Shown here: positions 22,072 to 34,245 of the stretch, in pieces
How positions within the stretch are numbered: the stretch's first letter is position 1
How the letters are laid out: each line of letters begins with the position of its first letter
Assembly (NCBI GenBank): GCA_963706595.1
Contig: OY970166.1
Coordinates: forward strand, 2,656,001 to 2,720,000
Origin: an uncultured cyanobacterium
GTDB lineage: Bacteria > Cyanobacteriota > Cyanobacteriia > Cyanobacteriales > Nostocaceae
Reading direction: 5' to 3'
Length of the DNA: 64,000 nt
Program-made: the position numbers and the translations under genes
Notes under the pieces: generated by a model
Seen by the model: the letters and a program-made list of their open reading frames with translations, nothing else
Told to the model about the DNA's origin: nothing
Database searches by the model: none

Positions 22072-22098
22072 AATATTGACTCATTTATGGAAACTTGG

Positions 22099-23469
22099 TT
22101 AACAGTTGCAGCAGTAGCGATCGCGCCCTTGTTGTTTAGCATCGTATAATGCTTTATCGGCATAAGCTATCAGTGTATCTGGATGCACTTCCACGGTCGG
22201 TATCAGTGAGGCAATACCCAAACTCACTGTGACGATATCGGCGACATGAGAATGTGCATGGGGAATAACCTGATCACGAATTACTTGTTGAATTTTTTGT
22301 GCTATTTTAATTACTCCTTCTTTATCTGTATTGGGCAGAAGGACTGTAAATTCTTCGCCACCATAACGTGCCAGTAAATCGGCGGGACGGCGAACTACTT
22401 CTTGGACTGTTTGTGTTATTCTAATCAGGCAATCGTCACCAGCCAGATGACCATAGTAGTCATTGTAAGCTTTAAAGTTATCAACATCGAATAAAATCAA
22501 TGATAGGGGCTGCTTTTCCCGCGCTAGACGTTGCCATTCTGCTTGCAATCGGGTATCAAAACAACGACGGTTAGCTACCTGAGTTAAACCATCAATATTT
22601 GCCAGTTGTTTGAGTTTTTGATTGGCATCTTGCAGAGCCAATTCAATTTGCTTACGGGCAGTTATATCACGGATAGTAATGGAAAAGCCATCACCTAATT
22701 TTACAGCTACAAAGTGATACCAAGAAGAATCTCCTGATGGATAGTAAAAATCTTGTTCTAGAGCTTTCCCAGTCTCCACAATCTCAATGAAATTATCAAA
22801 TAGTTCTGGTTGAATTTTAACCAAAAACTTTTTTAGTACCAATTTACCGAGCATCTCTTCACGACTGCGTTCAAATACTTTAGCAATTACAGGGTTAACA
22901 ACTAAACAGCGAAAATCCTCAATATTCCCAGTTTCGGGGTTACGAACAGCTTGCAAAGCTGCGATTCCATCTAGAGAACTATTCAAAACGCTAGATAACA
23001 AAGCTCTAGACTGATAAAGTGCCTCTTCTGTCTCTCTACGGTAATTAATTTCTTTTTGCAGAAGGCGTTGTTGTCGTTGAATAGTTAACTGATTATTTAG
23101 ACGTGCTACTACTTCTTCGATTTGAAAGGGTTTGGTGATGTAGTCTACACCCCCGGAATTAAAAGCTTTAACTTTATCGAAAACATCATCTAAAGCACTA
23201 ATAAAAATCACGGGAATGTAACATAAGTCTTCATCTGCTTTCAGGGCTTGACAGACTTGATACCCATCCATTTCCGGCATTTTGATATCTAACAGAATAA
23301 CTTCTGGTCGCTTGACCTTGACCGTTTTGAGTGCCATTCGCCCACTGGTGACGCTGCGAACAGTGTAGCCAAGTTTGACAAGCAAATCGCTTAGTAATTG
23401 TAGGTTTTCGGGAATGTCATCTACTAGAAGAATATTGCCTTGATTTTCTATATTAGAATCAGGATTCAT
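22099..23469 (-). CDS. REC-PAS-GGDEF diguanylate cyclase
   Basis: LLVDD...LLDIKMP receiver; RPAD I-site; ARYGGEEF. Confidence 0.92.
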   Translation of the reverse strand: MNPDSNIENQGNILLVDDIPENLQLLSDLLVKLGYTVRSVTSGRMALKTVKVKRPEVILLDIKMPEMDGYQVCQALKADEDLCYIPVIFISALDDVFDKVKAFNSGGVDYITKPFQIEEVVARLNNQLTIQRQQRLLQKEINYRRETEEALYQSRALLSSVLNSSLDGIAALQAVRNPETGNIEDFRCLVVNPVIAKVFERSREEMLGKLVLKKFLVKIQPELFDNFIEIVETGKALEQDFYYPSGDSSWYHFVAVKLGDGFSITIRDITARKQIELALQDANQKLKQLANIDGLTQVANRRCFDTRLQAEWQRLAREKQPLSLILFDVDNFKAYNDYYGHLAGDDCLIRITQTVQEVVRRPADLLARYGGEEFTVLLPNTDKEGVIKIAQKIQQVIRDQVIPHAHSHVADIVTVSLGIASLIPTVEVHPDTLIAYADKALYDAKQQGRDRYCCNC

Positions 23470-26123
23470 TGCTTATCAGGGGTTCGGCTAGTTCCACAAG
23501 CTGTTCAAATTCAAATTGGCGAGCAAGTTTTGTTAACGAGTGTATCAAACGAGGTTCTGTTTTAGGAATTTCTCCTAGCAGTTCTAAGACGAGGTGAGTA
23601 TTTGCCTCAAGGGCTGCTGCGTATATTTGAGTAATCCATTCTCCAGACATACAGGTGAGGTCTTGGGGTGTCAAGGCGCTTTCTGCTGCCCTATCTAATG
23701 CTGGTGAACTAGTTTGTGCAAAGATGTATTTTACACCCAAATGCTTGGCAAGGGCATCAAAAATTGTTTGTTCAGTAAATGGTTTGCGGAGAAAGTCATC
23801 ACAACCGGCTGAAAGCACAATGGCTTTTTCTTCTTCTAATACACTAGCAGTTAAAGCAATGACAGCCGTAGCATTGCCTTTGGTGGTAGATTTAATCTGT
23901 TTTGTCGTCTCATAACCGTCCATCACTGGCATCCGCATATCCATAAAAATTAAATGCGGTTCCCACTCATCCCAAATCGTCAATGCTTCTTGACCATTAC
24001 TAGCTGTTTTTATTTCAAAACCCAAGGGTTCTAATAGCTTAATTAGTAATTGACAATTAATAACTTTATCATCTACTGTTAATATTTTATATTGAGGTTG
24101 ACCTGGTGATAGTCCTAAAATCTGGGTATATTCTTTGTCGGTTTGGCTGTTAGTATTTTGCCCTAATTTGACTTGAATATAAAATTTAAAAGTAGAGCCT
24201 TTTCCTAATTCACTTTCAACGCTAATATCTCCACCCATTAAGTTGATAAACTGGCGACTAATTGCCAAACCAAGTCCTGTTCCTTCTTGGGCATCTTTAC
24301 CGGATTGCGTTTGACTAAAAGCTGCAAATAGTTTGGGTAATTCTGCCGCAGCAATTCCTGAACCTGTATCCTGAATTTTAAAATCAAGAGTGACAACATC
24401 TGTAGTTTCTGCACTGCTATAATTCACCTTGACACTAATTCCACCTTGTGCAGTAAATTTGATGCTATTACTAATTAAATTAATTAATACTTGCCGTAGT
24501 TTCACTTCATCGGTGCAAATATAGACGCGGTATATTTTCAGAGCGTTGAAACATTAAACTTAAATCTTGATTGCTTGCTCGTAAGTGAAACATATCTTCT
24601 AAATCATCTAGCAAGCGATAAAGGTCAAAATCTTTGGGGTTGAGGGTGGTTTTTCCGGCTTCGATTTTGGATAAATCGAGAATATTATTAATTAATATAA
24701 GTAAATATTCCCCACTGCGATAAATAATCCCGGCATTTTCATATGAATCAGATGGGGTATTTGGAGAACGTAATATTAATTGGGAAAAACCCAGAACTGC
24801 ATTTAAAGGAGAGCGTAATTCATGACTCATATTCGCAATAAATGTGCTTTTGGCTTGATTAGCTGCTTCGGCTTTTTCTTTGGCATTTGCTAGTTCTGCG
24901 GTTCTTTCCTTCACTCGCTGTTCTAAGGTTTCAAAAGATACTTGCAATTGATCCGCCATTGTATTGAAAGATATTGCCAGTTGAGCAATTTCGTCTTTTG
25001 AGCTAATTTTGACCCGGATATCTAAGTTACCTGCGGTAAATTGGGAAACTATATTAGTCAGGTAAATCAAGGGTTTTGTCAATAATTGCCCAAACACAAA
25101 AGCGATAATAGTAACAACTGTGGCGATGAATGCAAAAAGGAACATTGCATCGCGAATTTGCCTTTCTACAGGTGCGAGGGCGACAGTAAGGGGTTGTGCA
25201 AAAAGTACAGACCAAGGTTGATATTGCAAACGGGCGATTGCTACAAGGTTAAGCTCATTCCCTGTTGCTGCTAAGGATGTAATTACATAGGGTTGTTGAT
25301 TATCCAATGCTTGCTTAAGTTTTACCTCATTGGTGGCTAATTCATTAATAGGAGCAAAAGGTAAACGCCCTTCCGATTGCAGTTTATTGATCACATCTGT
25401 AAACAGAGGGACGATTGATTTAAACAGCAGTTTAGGTGCATTGCTATGTGCTAGATAAATATGATTTTCATCTAAAAGAATAGCAAAAGATTTTGCTCCA
25501 GCCCGTTCAGTTTGTCGAGTTACTAATTGCTGGACAACCGTAGCATTGTATGTGACTCGCAATACACCTAATATATCCCCCTTGGCGTTGCGAACCGGAC
25601 TGCTAAAAAAGAGGGTAACGAGGCCAGGAATATTTGGACTTCGCCTCATACTAGAAACAAATGATAGCTGAGTGTGCATCGGTTGTCTAAAGTAATCTTC
25701 ACCAGATTCATCTCTACCAATATCCGGTGTATTCGTATCCAAGACATTTTTTCCATTTAAGTCGAGCAAAGCATAGGAAATAACATTGAGCATATCTTTG
25801 CGACTGAGACGGATTAATGTTTCTGTTGCTAACCGTTCTTCATGGCTACCATCTCGCCGTTCAAGAGGTAGGCTGAGGCAGTCCGCCAAACCTGGTAAAA
25901 TTGCTTCCACACGCACAGAATTGAGATTTCCATCAATAAACGCATCTATTCTGTTAGCAGTTTCGTTAGCTGCCGCAGATAGGGCTTGTCGTGCGTTTTC
26001 GGTTAGTGCCTTTTGAGTTGTCTGTTTGTTGATAAAAGCCAACAATAACAACGGCATCAAAGCCACAATGAGAAACGATAAAATCAACTTTGTTCGGATG
26101 CTACCCAAAAGCGAGTGCTGCAT
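23459..26123 (-). CDS. Hybrid histidine kinase (Cache-HAMP-HisKA-HATPase-REC), split by a frameshift at ~24520
   Basis: ORFs 24507-26123 and 23459-24505 join at ...YICTDEVKLRQ, as in the intact paralogs. Confidence 0.85.
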
Positions 26124-26132
26124 GGCTTCAGA

Positions 26133-27107
26133 TTAGGAGGGAGAATTTAAGAAAGAAGAATTGAACAAGGTTGTGATCTCAGGAATGCGTGTCACATTAC
26201 CCGTGCGAATAAAAAAGTCTGCATATATTTTGGCAGTTTTGTAAATAGAATTATGACTATTAGATCGAAAAAACTGCTGATTTTCCTGAAGATCGGTGAG
26301 ATTTACACCCTCCAAAGAGAGTGTGTTGCTAAATATTCAAGAATTTGCTGATAATTACATTTCCTTCCTGAATATTTGCTTCCCAATATGTCAAGGCTTG
26401 CAGCCATCCGCGAATAAAGGCGCGAATATCTTCTGGGCGATCGCGAATTATCTAACCCGAAATGCTACCAAATCCAAAATTAAGCCAGGGGTTTGTTTGC
26501 TGTTAAATAGGATATGTCCCCCAATTTTATAGCTTCGGAAAGATAGGGTTCCCAAGTGTGTCCGGCTTGAATAGCATTATTTTTCAGGCGTTGGGGAATT
26601 TCTAAAGCATCGAATTTAACAAAATTTACATCATCGCTGGTTAAGTTGGCTGTTTTCAACATTTCAGTTACAAAAACTTCGCTAAACCCTCCCAAATTTG
26701 CACCTAGCTTTTTCCCTTTTAAGTCAGCAACAGTTTTAATATCTGGTTGTGCCACTACCACATCTGCTCCATTTGTCTCATCCACAACCATCACAGTTTG
26801 CATATCGGGATTAGTGGCACTTAAGATCATAAAATCCCCTAAAGTCAATCCGATACCATCGTATTTTCCGGCACTAAAATCTGCTTGCTGCAATTGGGCA
26901 AAGTCTACATAGTTAAGTTCTACTTCTACTTCTTGGTCCTTAAAAAATCCTTTTTTTTGGGCAATTATCGCTGGACCATTGCCCACAAAAGTGATGCAGG
27001 TCAATTTAAAAGGAGGGTGTTTTACTTCAATCGGTGTTGAAGTAGTAACAAGCAAATAGCAACCAGGAGGTCAGGAAAAAAATACTAATTATCAGAGTTT
27101 CACTCAA
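26133..27107 (-). CDS. SsuA/NMT1-like substrate-binding lipoprotein, interrupted by several frameshifts; start approximate
   Basis: LLFAC lipobox; AQKKGFF, GAD, DLKGKK and TWEPYLS motifs; C-terminal piece at 26133-26315. Confidence 0.7.
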
Positions 27108-27125
27108 GTAAGATTTAATTATTCT

Positions 27126-29534
27126 TTATAGCAAGGGTAAATTCTCAACTAAATCAACAATCTGTTCAAATTTAAATTGACGAGCAAGTTTTGTTAAAGA
27201 ATGTATCAGGTGAGTTTCTATCTTTGGAATTTCTTTTACCAGTTCCAAGACGAGGTTGTTATTGGCCTCAAGCGCAGCTTCATATAAGTTATTTATCCAT
27301 TCTCCAGACATACAAGTTAAATTTTCTGATGTTAATGGGCTTGACTCTACACTCTCTAAATCAAGTGCATGGTTTTCTGAAAATATGTATTTTACACCTA
27401 GATGTTTAGCTAAAGCATCAAAAATTGTATGTTCTCTAAATGGTTTGCGGAGAAAGTCATCACAACCGGCTGAAAGTACTATGGCTTTCTCTTCTTCTAA
27501 TACACTTGCAGTTAAAGCGATTACAGCTGTAGCATTGCCTTTGGTGGTAGATTTAATCTGTTTTGTCGCCTCATAACCATCCATAATCGGCATCCGCATA
27601 TCCATAAAAATTAAGTGAGGTTCCCACTCATCCCAAATAGTTATGGCTTCTTTGCCGTTACTAGCTTCTTTCATCTCAAAACCCAATGGTTGTAAAAGCT
27701 TCAGCAATAATTGACGATTAATAGCTTTATCATCTACTACGAGGATTTTATATGTAGGTTGACCAGCCCCCAATCCTAGTACATGAGGATGTTCTTCCAC
27801 ATCATTACTATTTATTGCTTGACCTAATTTGGACTGAATATAAAATTGAAATGTTGTACCTTTTCCTAACTCGCTTTCTACTGAAATATCCCCACCCATT
27901 AACTGTACAAATTTCCGACTGATTGCTAAACCTAACCCCGTTCCTTCTTGCATTTCTTTTCCGGCTTCGGCTTGGGTAAAGGCCTCAAATAGTTTTGGTA
28001 GTTCTGCGGGGGCAATTCCTACTCCAGTATCATGCACTTGAACATGGAGATAAAAACAATCAGTTGTTATTTTTTCTCCCTGAAAAACATAGAGAGTAAT
28101 TTGACCCACAGGGGTAAATTTAATGGCATTACTCAGTAAATTTATTAAAACTTGACGCAGTTTTACTTCATCAGTGCAAATATATAGCGGTAAGCTTTCA
28201 CTACGCTGAAATATTAGTGACAATCCGGCACTACTAGCCCGCAGATGCAGCATATCTTCTAAATCATCTAGTAAGCGATGGAGATTAAAATCATTAATAT
28301 TCAGGGTTGCTTTCCCGGCTTCGATTTTGGATAAATCGAGAATATGATTAATCAAGGTGAGTAAGTAGTCGCCACTGCGATAAATAATGCCGGCATTTTC
28401 ATATTGATCGGGCGGGAGATTGTTTGCACGTAACATCAGTTGCGAAAAGCCAATAACAGCGTTGAGGGGCGATCGCAATTCATGACTCATATTGGCAATA
28501 AATGCACTTTTAGCCCGGTTCGCGGTTTCAGCTTTGGCTGCTAGTTCCTGCGCCTTAGCTTCACTTGCTTGTAAATCTCTAGTGCGGTCAAAAACTCGTT
28601 GTTCTAGTTCTGTATTAACTATTTTAAGATTTAATTTATACTGATGGTTTTCTGTAACAATGGCTAACATCACCATAGTAGTCACAGATATTACACCCAT
28701 AAATAATTGTAACAATACAATTGAATTAGTATTCAAAGCTGCATCATAAAACACTCCTAATTCGTAGCTGGTAGCAACAGCAGCTACAGTAGATATAATC
28801 GCCACTAATACAGTGGTGATTTTAGCACCAAAGCGAAAAGCCGACCAAAATAAAGGCGGTAATAGTAAATACTCTAAATGTTGTGGTTGAATCAAAGTAA
28901 AATAACTAACTATACATAAAAAAATTATTGTCACTAACATTTCCCGATTCAGCCAAGATTTAACTTCAAAATTAGGGGTTTTTTTGGCTAAAGTTAAAAT
29001 AAGAGGAGCAAATACTAAAATCCCGACCGCATCACCCACCCACCAACCCAAGGCGATTTGTGTATATTCATTCCAAGGTTGATAACCAGATAAGCAAACT
29101 ATAAACGGACCTACTAAAGATTGAAAAATAGTCCCAGTAAACAAAATGCAAACAGAGAAAATAACTACATCTTTCACTTGAGCAAAAGGGTAATTAGTGC
29201 GCGCTAATCGCAATATTAGTGTTATAGAAATTAGTGCGCCAATAGCAGTACCAATAGCTGGCGCAACAATTAAAATTATGTTGTTAACGAGGATAGTATT
29301 AGTTAACATTGCTCCTAAAGAGACTCCAAACCAACGCGATCGCCCCCACAACAACAAAAAGCCAATAGCAAGACCCGCAGCTGGCCAAATAGGAGTACCA
29401 AAATCCGGAAGTGACATTTTTTTCAATACCAGCCAAGAGACAACATAGTAACTCGTGGCAATAATTAATATATGGAACCACCAACGAGGATTGCGATAGT
29501 CAACGCCCAGACGTAAAAAAATCTTCACAGCCAT
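27126..29534 (-). CDS. MASE1 hybrid histidine kinase
   Basis: PIWPAAG and WWVGDAVG (MASE1); SHELRSPL, GTGLGL, FMDMRMP. Confidence 0.9.
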   Translation of the reverse strand: MAVKIFLRLGVDYRNPRWWFHILIIATSYYVVSWLVLKKMSLPDFGTPIWPAAGLAIGFLLLWGRSRWFGVSLGAMLTNTILVNNIILIVAPAIGTAIGALISITLILRLARTNYPFAQVKDVVIFSVCILFTGTIFQSLVGPFIVCLSGYQPWNEYTQIALGWWVGDAVGILVFAPLILTLAKKTPNFEVKSWLNREMLVTIIFLCIVSYFTLIQPQHLEYLLLPPLFWSAFRFGAKITTVLVAIISTVAAVATSYELGVFYDAALNTNSIVLLQLFMGVISVTTMVMLAIVTENHQYKLNLKIVNTELEQRVFDRTRDLQASEAKAQELAAKAETANRAKSAFIANMSHELRSPLNAVIGFSQLMLRANNLPPDQYENAGIIYRSGDYLLTLINHILDLSKIEAGKATLNINDFNLHRLLDDLEDMLHLRASSAGLSLIFQRSESLPLYICTDEVKLRQVLINLLSNAIKFTPVGQITLYVFQGEKITTDCFYLHVQVHDTGVGIAPAELPKLFEAFTQAEAGKEMQEGTGLGLAISRKFVQLMGGDISVESELGKGTTFQFYIQSKLGQAINSNDVEEHPHVLGLGAGQPTYKILVVDDKAINRQLLLKLLQPLGFEMKEASNGKEAITIWDEWEPHLIFMDMRMPIMDGYEATKQIKSTTKGNATAVIALTASVLEEEKAIVLSAGCDDFLRKPFREHTIFDALAKHLGVKYIFSENHALDLESVESSPLTSENLTCMSGEWINNLYEAALEANNNLVLELVKEIPKIETHLIHSLTKLARQFKFEQIVDLVENLPLL

Positions 29535-29600
29535 AACTAAATAAAGAATAGCGGAATCTTAACAATCTCCAAGGGGACAGAAGCAACTACTTAACGAAAT

Positions 29601-32024
29601 CTACCTAATTTGGTCAATGGTTAATAGCGGTTCGATTAAATCAACCATCGGCTCAAATTCAAATTGTTGCGCCATTTTAGTCAGGGAATTTAACAGCATC
29701 TGCTCTGTTTCCGGAATTTCTTTTACCAATTGCAAAACCAAATTAGTATCAGCTTCCAGTGTTGCTTCATATAATTGATTAATCCATGCTGGAGACATAC
29801 ATTTGAGATTATCAGATATTAAACAATTTTCTGCTATATTTGCATAATCGACTGGATTATTGTCTGCAAATATGTATTTTACACCCAGATGTTTCGCCAA
29901 AGCATCAAAAATTATCTGTTCTGCAAAAGGTTTCCGCAGAAAGTCATCACAACCGGCAAAGAGAACTATGGCTTTTTCTTCTTCTAAAACACTCGCAGTT
30001 AAAGCAATGACAGCCGTCGCATTGCCTTTGGTGGTAGATTTAATCTGTTTTGTCGCCTCATAACCATCCATAATCGGCATCCGCATATCCATAAAAATTA
30101 AGTGAGGTTCCCACTCATCCCAAATAGTTATGGCTTCTTTGCCGTTACTAGCTTCTTTAATCTCAAAACCCAATGGTTGTAAAAGCCTAACTAGAAGTTG
30201 ACGATTAATCTGTTTATCATCGACTGCGAGGATTTTGTATGTAGGCTGACCAGCAGTCAGTCCTAGTACATGAGGACGCTCATCCACATCATTACTTTTG
30301 GTTTCTTGTCCTAATTTTGCTTGAATATAAAATTGAAATGTTGTGCCTTTTCCTAACTCGCTTTCTACTGAAATATCCCCACCCATTAACTGCACAAATT
30401 TCCGACTGATTGCTAAACCTAAACCCGTTCCTTCTTGCATTTCTCTTCCGGCTTCTGCTTGGGTAAAAGCCTCAAATAGTTTTGGTAGTTCGGCGGCGGA
30501 AATTCCTACTCCAGTATCACTGATCCGCATATAGAGATTAAAAACATCAGTTGTTTCTTGTTCTCCCTGAAAGACATAGAGAGTAACTTGACCTACAGAG
30601 GTAAATTTAATAGCATTACTGAGTAAATTGATTAATACCTGACGCAGTTTTACTTCATCGGTGCAGATATAATGCGGTAAATTTTTACTCCGCTTAAATA
30701 TGAGTGACAATCCGGCACTACTAGCCCGCAGATGCAGCATATCTTCTAAGTCATCTAGTAAGCGATGGAGATTAAAATCATTAATATTCAGGGTTGCTTT
30801 CCCGGCTTCGATTTTGGATAAATCGAGAATATGATTAATCAGGGTGAGTAAGTAGTCACCACTGCGATAAATAATGCCGGCATTTTCATATTGATCGGGC
30901 GGGAGGTTGTTTGCACGTAACATCAGTTGCGAAAAGCCAATAACAGCGTTGAGAGGCGATCGCAATTCATGGCTCATATTGGCAATAAACGCGCTTTTAG
31001 CGCGGTTTGCGGCTTCGGCTTTGGCCGCTAATTCCTGGGCTTTAGCTTCACTTGCTTGTAAATCTTTCGTTCGTTCAGAAACTCGTTGTTCTAATTCGGT
31101 ATTAACTGTTTTGAGATTTAACCGATAGTTATGGTTTTCTGTGACAATAGCTAACATCACCATAGTCGTCACAGATATTACACCCATAAACAATTGTAAC
31201 AATAAAATTGAATTACTTTTTAAAGCGGTGTTATAAAATATTCCTAAGCTATCACTCGTAGCAACAACAGCTACTGTAGATACAATTGCCACTAATAAAG
31301 TGGTGGTTTTATCACCAAAGCGGAAAGCTGACCAAAATAACGGTGGTAGTAGTAAATATTCTAAAGGTTGTGGTTGAATAAAAGTAAAATAGCTAATTAT
31401 ATATAAAGTAATTACTGTTGCTAACATTTCCCAGGTTAGCCAAGATTTAACTTTAAAATCAGGTGTTTTTTTGGCTAAAGATAAAATAGTAGGAGCAAAT
31501 AATAAAATTCCTATAGCATCGCCCACCCACCAATTTAAGGAGATGATTAAATATTTATTCCAGGGTTCGTAACCAGCTAAAGAAACTGTCATTGCACCTA
31601 ATAAGGATTGAAGAATTGTGCCAGGAAACAAGCTACAAACAGAGAAAATAACTACATTTCTGACTTGATAAAAAGGGTAATTAGTGTGAGTTAGGATAAG
31701 TATGAGAGTTACAGAAATTAGTGAGCCAATAGTAGTACCAAAACCTCCAATCATAGCTAAAATTGGCACTTTAATACCGATAGAATTAGCAAAGGTTGCT
31801 CCTAAGAATACTCCCAACCAATGCGATCGCCCCCAAAGCAACAAAAAGCCAACAGCAAAACCCGTAGCAGGCCAAATAGGAGTACCAAAAGCTGGAACTG
31901 ACATTGTTTTCAATACCAGCCAAGAGACGCTATAGTAACTGATGGCAATAATTAAGACATGAAACCACCAACGAGGATTTTGATAGTCAATACCGAGACG
32001 TTGAAAAATTCGGGTGTTTTTCAT
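29601..32024 (-). CDS. MASE1 hybrid histidine kinase (tandem paralog)
   Basis: Same architecture as the neighbour, with near-identical DNA blocks. Confidence 0.9.
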   Translation of the reverse strand: MKNTRIFQRLGIDYQNPRWWFHVLIIAISYYSVSWLVLKTMSVPAFGTPIWPATGFAVGFLLLWGRSHWLGVFLGATFANSIGIKVPILAMIGGFGTTIGSLISVTLILILTHTNYPFYQVRNVVIFSVCSLFPGTILQSLLGAMTVSLAGYEPWNKYLIISLNWWVGDAIGILLFAPTILSLAKKTPDFKVKSWLTWEMLATVITLYIISYFTFIQPQPLEYLLLPPLFWSAFRFGDKTTTLLVAIVSTVAVVATSDSLGIFYNTALKSNSILLLQLFMGVISVTTMVMLAIVTENHNYRLNLKTVNTELEQRVSERTKDLQASEAKAQELAAKAEAANRAKSAFIANMSHELRSPLNAVIGFSQLMLRANNLPPDQYENAGIIYRSGDYLLTLINHILDLSKIEAGKATLNINDFNLHRLLDDLEDMLHLRASSAGLSLIFKRSKNLPHYICTDEVKLRQVLINLLSNAIKFTSVGQVTLYVFQGEQETTDVFNLYMRISDTGVGISAAELPKLFEAFTQAEAGREMQEGTGLGLAISRKFVQLMGGDISVESELGKGTTFQFYIQAKLGQETKSNDVDERPHVLGLTAGQPTYKILAVDDKQINRQLLVRLLQPLGFEIKEASNGKEAITIWDEWEPHLIFMDMRMPIMDGYEATKQIKSTTKGNATAVIALTASVLEEEKAIVLFAGCDDFLRKPFAEQIIFDALAKHLGVKYIFADNNPVDYANIAENCLISDNLKCMSPAWINQLYEATLEADTNLVLQLVKEIPETEQMLLNSLTKMAQQFEFEPMVDLIEPLLTIDQIR

Positions 32025-32261
32025 CAGAAATAGGCAACCGATTGCAGAAGTTTGGAGTCCAGAGATGGGTGATATATAATACCATTTCCCTAAATGTTAA
32101 ATACAAACAATTTGCCCTCTGTTCGTGGGAAATTAATTTCCACTCCCAGATACTTAACAACCTTTCCTCTTCTCCTCTTTTCCCCTGCCCCCTGCCCAAT
32201 TACTTGACAAGAGCCATACAATCTGGTAAAAATTGTAATTTGTGGAAACTTTACCCTTTGA

Positions 32262-33613
<1,352 letters not shown>

Positions 33614-33614
<1 letters not shown>

Positions 33615-33705
33615 ATGAATCCGACGCGATGAATTAGATCAATCAGACGCGATGAATCCGACGCGATGAATCTCAGACTCAGACGCGATGAATCGCGTCT
33701 CTACA
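33614..33705. repeat. Cluster of partial and complete GACGCGATGAAT small dispersed repeats
   Basis: Copies at 33623, 33646, 33660 and 33682; the last is a complete palindrome. Confidence 0.8.
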
Positions 33706-33753
33706 AGGATATGCTGACAACTGATCACCGATAACTGATAACTAAAAACTTCT

Positions 33754-34053
33754 ATGGCTATTAAAGTTGAATCTCAAAAGCGCCCAGAAGGTAGCAAGCC
33801 AAATGCTTTACGCCGTTCTGGTCTTATCCCTGCTAATTTGTACGGTCACAAAGGTGCAGAATCAATTTCTCTAGTAGTTGAAGCTAAAACCATTGAGCGT
33901 CTGCTCAAACAAGCTGATGTTAACAAGACAGAAATTGAACTGAATATCCCTGAACTGGAGTGGACAGGTAAAACTGTACTGCGAGAAGTTCAATCCCATC
34001 CAGCTAAGGGTTTTGTCTACCACGTGAGCTTTTTTGCATCACCTAAAGACTAA
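33754..34053 (+). CDS. rplY: 50S ribosomal protein L25
   Basis: [13 protein letters not shown] and EVQSHP...HVSF. Confidence 0.92.
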   Translation: MAIKVESQKRPEGSKPNALRRSGLIPANLYGHKGAESISLVVEAKTIERLLKQADVNKTEIELNIPELEWTGKTVLREVQSHPAKGFVYHVSFFASPKD

Positions 34054-34112
34054 TATAGACGCTAAGTTCGTCTTGATCGCAACTTAAAAATTTGTGCTAA
34101 TTGTTGATTATA

Positions 34113-34138
34113 CCAGGGGTTAAACCCTGGTTTTTTAT
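34113..34138 (+). terminator. Intrinsic terminator after rplY
   Basis: CCAGGG-gttaaa-CCCTGG followed by a T run. Confidence 0.7.
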
Positions 34139-34245
34139 TACGAGCCTCAGACGATGGGTTTATAAGTTTGTCTGTGACCTTGTACAATGCGTGAATCCTG
34201 CGGGATTTATTTCAAATTTTTGTAAGTATCCAAGCGATAATTTTT

